Assembly (NCBI GenBank): GCA_004431415.1
Contig: QPMI01000596.1
Span: forward strand, 61,047-125,046
DNA length: 64,000 nt
From: Cyanophora paradoxa CCMP329
Taxonomy: Eukaryota; Plantae; Glaucophyta
Direction of reading: 5' to 3'
Below the pieces are notes generated by a model. That model saw nothing but the letters and a program-made list of their open reading frames with translations. It made no database searches and was not told the origin of the DNA. The translations under genes and the position numbers were made by a program. This document shows positions 60,885-64,000 of the stretch, piece after piece. How positions within the stretch are numbered: position 1 is the first letter of the stretch; each line of letters opens with the position of its first letter.

Positions 60885-61689
60885 TTACAGCACCGTCTCG
60901 AGGGCCTCTACCGTCTTCGTAATGTACAGCTGCAGCGATCTTAAGGTTGCTCTGCGGTAGCAATTTTACGTCTACGTGCATCTGCTGGCGGTTTCTCGCT
61001 TCCTGTAGCCGTCTCCTTGCCCGTCCACTGCATGCCGAGGGCGTCCTTTCTCCGTATCGGCGCACCGCCGTCTTCTGGTACTCTCTCGAACCAGTCGTCC
61101 TTGTAAATTCGGCAGGCCGCCTGCCCCTCGTCCGCATGAAATCGATGAGGAAATCCGACGCCCGCTTGCCGTCGAATTGCACGCGCGAGTAGTGCACCAG
61201 CGTGAGCAGATGTGCGCGTGGAGCCGCCCGACCGCGCCGTACTCGATGCCGATGTTCGCGTTGCCCTCTCCACGTGCGTGTGTAATGTCCGATTTAAAAT
61301 CGAGACCCTTGGGTTCGCCTTGTCCGGTATACCCCATCTTTATGCACTTTGCCAGCTGCTGTCGTCGTAGAAAAGGCTCCAGCCCCTGTGAAAGGCGTCT
61401 TGAACCTTGAGCCTTCTCCCTGCTCGGGCTTGTAGTTGGTCTGGATGGTGATCATAAATTCGACTCGCGCTGCGGCCTCTGCTCGACTACCCCGGACGGC
61501 GTCGTGAAGGTCTTGGTGGGCGCGCGTCCAGCACCTTCTGGAACACGTCTTGTCGGGTGCAGCACTTGTCGTTGATGTGCCCACCAGATGTGAGTCTCTA
61601 CGGGAGCGGCCGGAGGCGTCCATGCGAGGTGGGGTTCGGGGCGCGGGCTTGCCTGTTTGCTGCTACGCCCTCGCGATGAGGTTGAGCAT
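60885..61689 (-). CDS. HUH-superfamily (rolling-circle Rep-like) endonuclease (frameshifted)
   Basis: Motif I FMITIQTNYK, motif II GIEYGAVGRLHAHI (61212-61220) then LTLVHYSRVQFD, and motif III LQLYITK (60915-60926). Confidence 0.8.
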
Positions 61690-61912
61690 GTCAGACCAAG
61701 GCCTAGAAAATTTTCCGAGGCTAGGGTGAGTTCCACGTGGGGCCCGGGTACGCCTGCGCTCACCTGAGCGATCACCTGAGCCTCACATGAATCACTGAGC
61801 ACGCCTTCTGTCACATCTGCGGGCTCACTGCGGCTGGGACCACTCGATTGCGTGAAGCCAGTTTGCTACTTTCTGCAAGGGCGTAGCTCAGCTGCAGTAC
61901 GAGGATCGGAGA

Positions 61913-62695
61913 ATGGCAGACTCTGGCGAAATCGATCTCCTCTCCGAACTTTGAGCAGATCCAGCGCTACGGCGCCATCTTCACGACGAGGGGACCAGCT
62001 TCGACACTCCGCACGTACCCCGCCGCCGCCGCCATCACATTCTACCTTGAGCCGGAGAGCGCCCCGCAGCGCAACCGTCGCACCCAGGCCCCAAGGCGAA
62101 GCCGCTGTCCCCTGCGGAAATTGCGGCTCTACGCCTCGTTGGTGTTCACCTGGATGGGATCTGGTTGCCAAGGCTGCGGTTGGTCCTGGATCTTTATTAT
62201 CCGGACATCACCCTGCTGTCAGCGAAATCCACAGCAACTACCTGCGCAAGTCACGTATTGAGGACTTAAGCAGCACTGCCTGGAGGATTCTCCTGTACCC
62301 GAGGACGTGCTGGCAGCTATTGCGAGGCGCATGGCAGGGAAGGAGTGGAGCAAAGACATATCCGCCAGTTCTCCGGGCTCTGAAGCAGCAGAAGTACATC
62401 GAGCGCTGGGCGCAGATCAGTGGCGATCACGGGCGAGCGCCGCCTCCGATGAGCGCGGAGGATATGGACGGGTGCAGGAGATGTTCGCCCTGGTGGAGTC
62501 CCTTCAGCATTTCAAGTCGCAGGTAGGAAGATATGCTCAACTACAACTACGTTTTCAGGCAGATTTTCGTGCTGCTAGATTTGCCCAGCACCTCCCTACT
62601 TCCTTGCTCAAGAGCAGGCAGAAACTCTCGGAGTTAGATCGATTTGGAACAGGATCTGCGAGTACAACGACTGGCATTTCTTTCCTACTCTTTAG
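61913..62695 (+). CDS. VLTF3-like (poxvirus A2L-type) late transcription factor (frameshifted)
   Basis: CGNCG..C.GCG zinc ribbon, NYLRKSRIEDL and VLRALKQQKYIERWAQI..GRAPPPMS..RVQEMF. The C-terminus MLNYNYVFRQIFVLLDL..LLKSRQKLSELDR.WNRICEYNDWHF matches the NFLSYSYVL..LLKS.EKL..QD.IW..IC..L.W.F signature. Confidence 0.85.
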
Positions 62696-63038
62696 CTACT
62701 CTTTAGTGATCGCGGCGGCCTTCCGCTCGAGCGCCTGCTTGATTCCGAAGCTCGCGCTGGTAGCTTGATTAGCATGTTCGTCTGCCCGTGTGTAAATCCG
62801 AGATGAACATAATTCCGCCGGTGGGGTCGTCGTCGAAAAACTTGAGGGTGAGCACGTATTTCGAGAGCAGGCCGAGGGAGAGGCCGTTGACGGCGACTTG
62901 CGCGGCGAGCTCGCCGCGTGGCCCGCGCCCTATTTTCGCCTTCGTGCGAGGAGAAGGCGGCGTCGATGAGGGGCCGGATGCCAGGCCGAGGGCGTACTGC
63001 ACGATAGCCTGGGAGAGCCCTAGGAGCACCTTTGACAT
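62696..63038 (-). CDS. Viral hypothetical, probably membrane-associated, protein (frameshifted)
   Basis: MSKVLLGLSQAIVQYALGLA...ELAAQVAVNGLSLGLLSKYVLTLKFFDDDPTGGIMFIS. Confidence 0.5.
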
Positions 63039-63060
63039 TTTCCTGGGGCCTCGGAAATTT

Positions 63061-63417
63061 TTAAGGGGCGCGCCTAGGCGTCGGAGTCCTCGTCCTCTTC
63101 TCCTCTTCCTCCGAGCTGGACTCTGAGGTCGCAAAATCGTCCGGGTCGCGCACGTAAATAACCCTGTCTCCCTCTTCGTCTGTCATCTCTTCCGAGCTGA
63201 ATCCTCGCTCCCCAGAGGACTCGGCCGCGGCCTCGTCCGCCGCCTCCGACGTGAGGCGCTCCCAGTTAATTCCCAGCGCGTCGCAGATCCTCTCCAGGGC
63301 GCTGCTGACCTCGCCGTCGTTAAAGGGCGAGGAGGGGTCAAGGCTGGCCTCCAGGAGGCAGTCGTAGGCGATGGACTCGACGCGGAAGACGGAGGCGATG
63401 TGGGCGCTGGGCGACAT
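63061..63417 (-). CDS. Viral hypothetical protein with acidic tail
   Basis: Intact 118-aa ORF between its neighbours. Confidence 0.55.
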   Translation of the reverse strand: MSPSAHIASVFRVESIAYDCLLEASLDPSSPFNDGEVSSALERICDALGINWERLTSEAADEAAAESSGERGFSSEEMTDEEGDRVIYVRDPDDFATSESSSEEEEKRTRTPTPRRAP

Positions 63418-63444
63418 GGCTTACGCACGTAGCCTCAGAAAAAA

Positions 63445-64000
63445 TCAGGCGAGGCCGCGGTGCTTCCTGAAATTATTTATCATGCCGAGGAGCGTCTTGT
63501 CCACCGTGCCGTCGTCCGGACCCACGAGATTTTCCCCGTTGACGGTTTCGCCCTCCCAGTACTCCTTGGATCCGATTCGGAACGGGGGCGGCTCCTCGGC
63601 CTTGTAGACGTAAAGGACGTCCAGAGGGTTCGTAGAGTTGTTGGAAGAATCGATGATAAGGCAGTGGTTATCCTGCGTTATTTATCGAGCAGGTAGTAGA
63701 AGGCGCGCTGGATATGATGTCGCCCACTCCTTTGCGAGGGCCTCGCGCTGCATCGCCTGCGAGCACTTGAAAATGACAGCCAGATCAGTATTGGAGCGCA
63801 GGACGGGATTGATGCCCTTGGCATACTGCGTCGTGATAAAGGGTATGATTTTGTAGTGGCGCCCCGCCACGAACAGCTCGTTGAGGGCCTCGTCGTACCG
63901 CAGCCGCGCGTCGGAAATCACGTCGTCGAGCAGCACGAAAAATCGCGGGTCGACGGGATCTTCCTTTCCGGCCAGCACGTCTTCGACTTGTTGTGCTGCA
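63445..64000 (-). CDS. A32-like genome packaging ATPase, C-terminal part (Walker A lies outside the window)
   Basis: Walker B FFVLLDDV, then LNELFVAGRHYKI.FITTQYAKGINPVLRSNTDLAVIF, CLIID and YKAEEPPPFRIGSKEYW. Confidence 0.92.

Larger units (their letters stand above)
43560..64000. mobile_element. Endogenous mriyavirus-like (Yaravirus-related) dsDNA virus; left boundary approximate, continues beyond the window
   Basis: Abrupt loss of introns and poly-C tracts, lower GC and tightly packed genes. Encodes an A32-like ATPase, a VLTF3-like factor, two HUH endonucleases, an HNH protein and fibre proteins. Confidence 0.85.

Noticed and set aside
43560-64000. Polinton/Maverick or virophage assignment
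   Set aside because: No protein-primed polymerase, retroviral-type integrase or cysteine protease was seen. VLTF3 plus HUH argue for a different group, though the unseen remainder could change this.

Overview
This is GC-rich (roughly 70% by eye), intron-rich eukaryotic nuclear DNA, probably from a protist or alga; the host cannot be identified from sequence alone. Bases 1 to ~43.5 kb are host genes: a tail-to-tail pair of bestrophin paralogues, RPL23 carrying two intronic C/D snoRNAs, MAD2 head-to-head with an MBLAC2-like hydrolase, an NRAMP transporter, a GPI-type surface protein, a beta-sandwich-repeat protein, a stand-alone RNase H1 hybrid-binding-domain protein, an F-box protein and several repeats. 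From ~43.6 kb to the window end there is an endogenous DNA virus that is gene-dense, lower in GC, essentially intronless and full of frameshifts. Its A32-like packaging ATPase, VLTF3-like late transcription factor and two tandem HUH endonucleases point to a mriyavirus-like (Yaravirus-related, small Nucleocytoviricota) element rather than a Polinton or prophage. It carries phage-type fibre genes (S74 autochaperone, tail repeats, FN3, Gly-rich domain). It also has three telomere-like (TTGGGAC)n arrays, two of which frame an iteron-like region, and a fixed-spacing upstream motif (T-rich tract then C at -16 from ATG) before most of its genes. All protein identifications come from manual motif reading across frameshifts, not from database searches.
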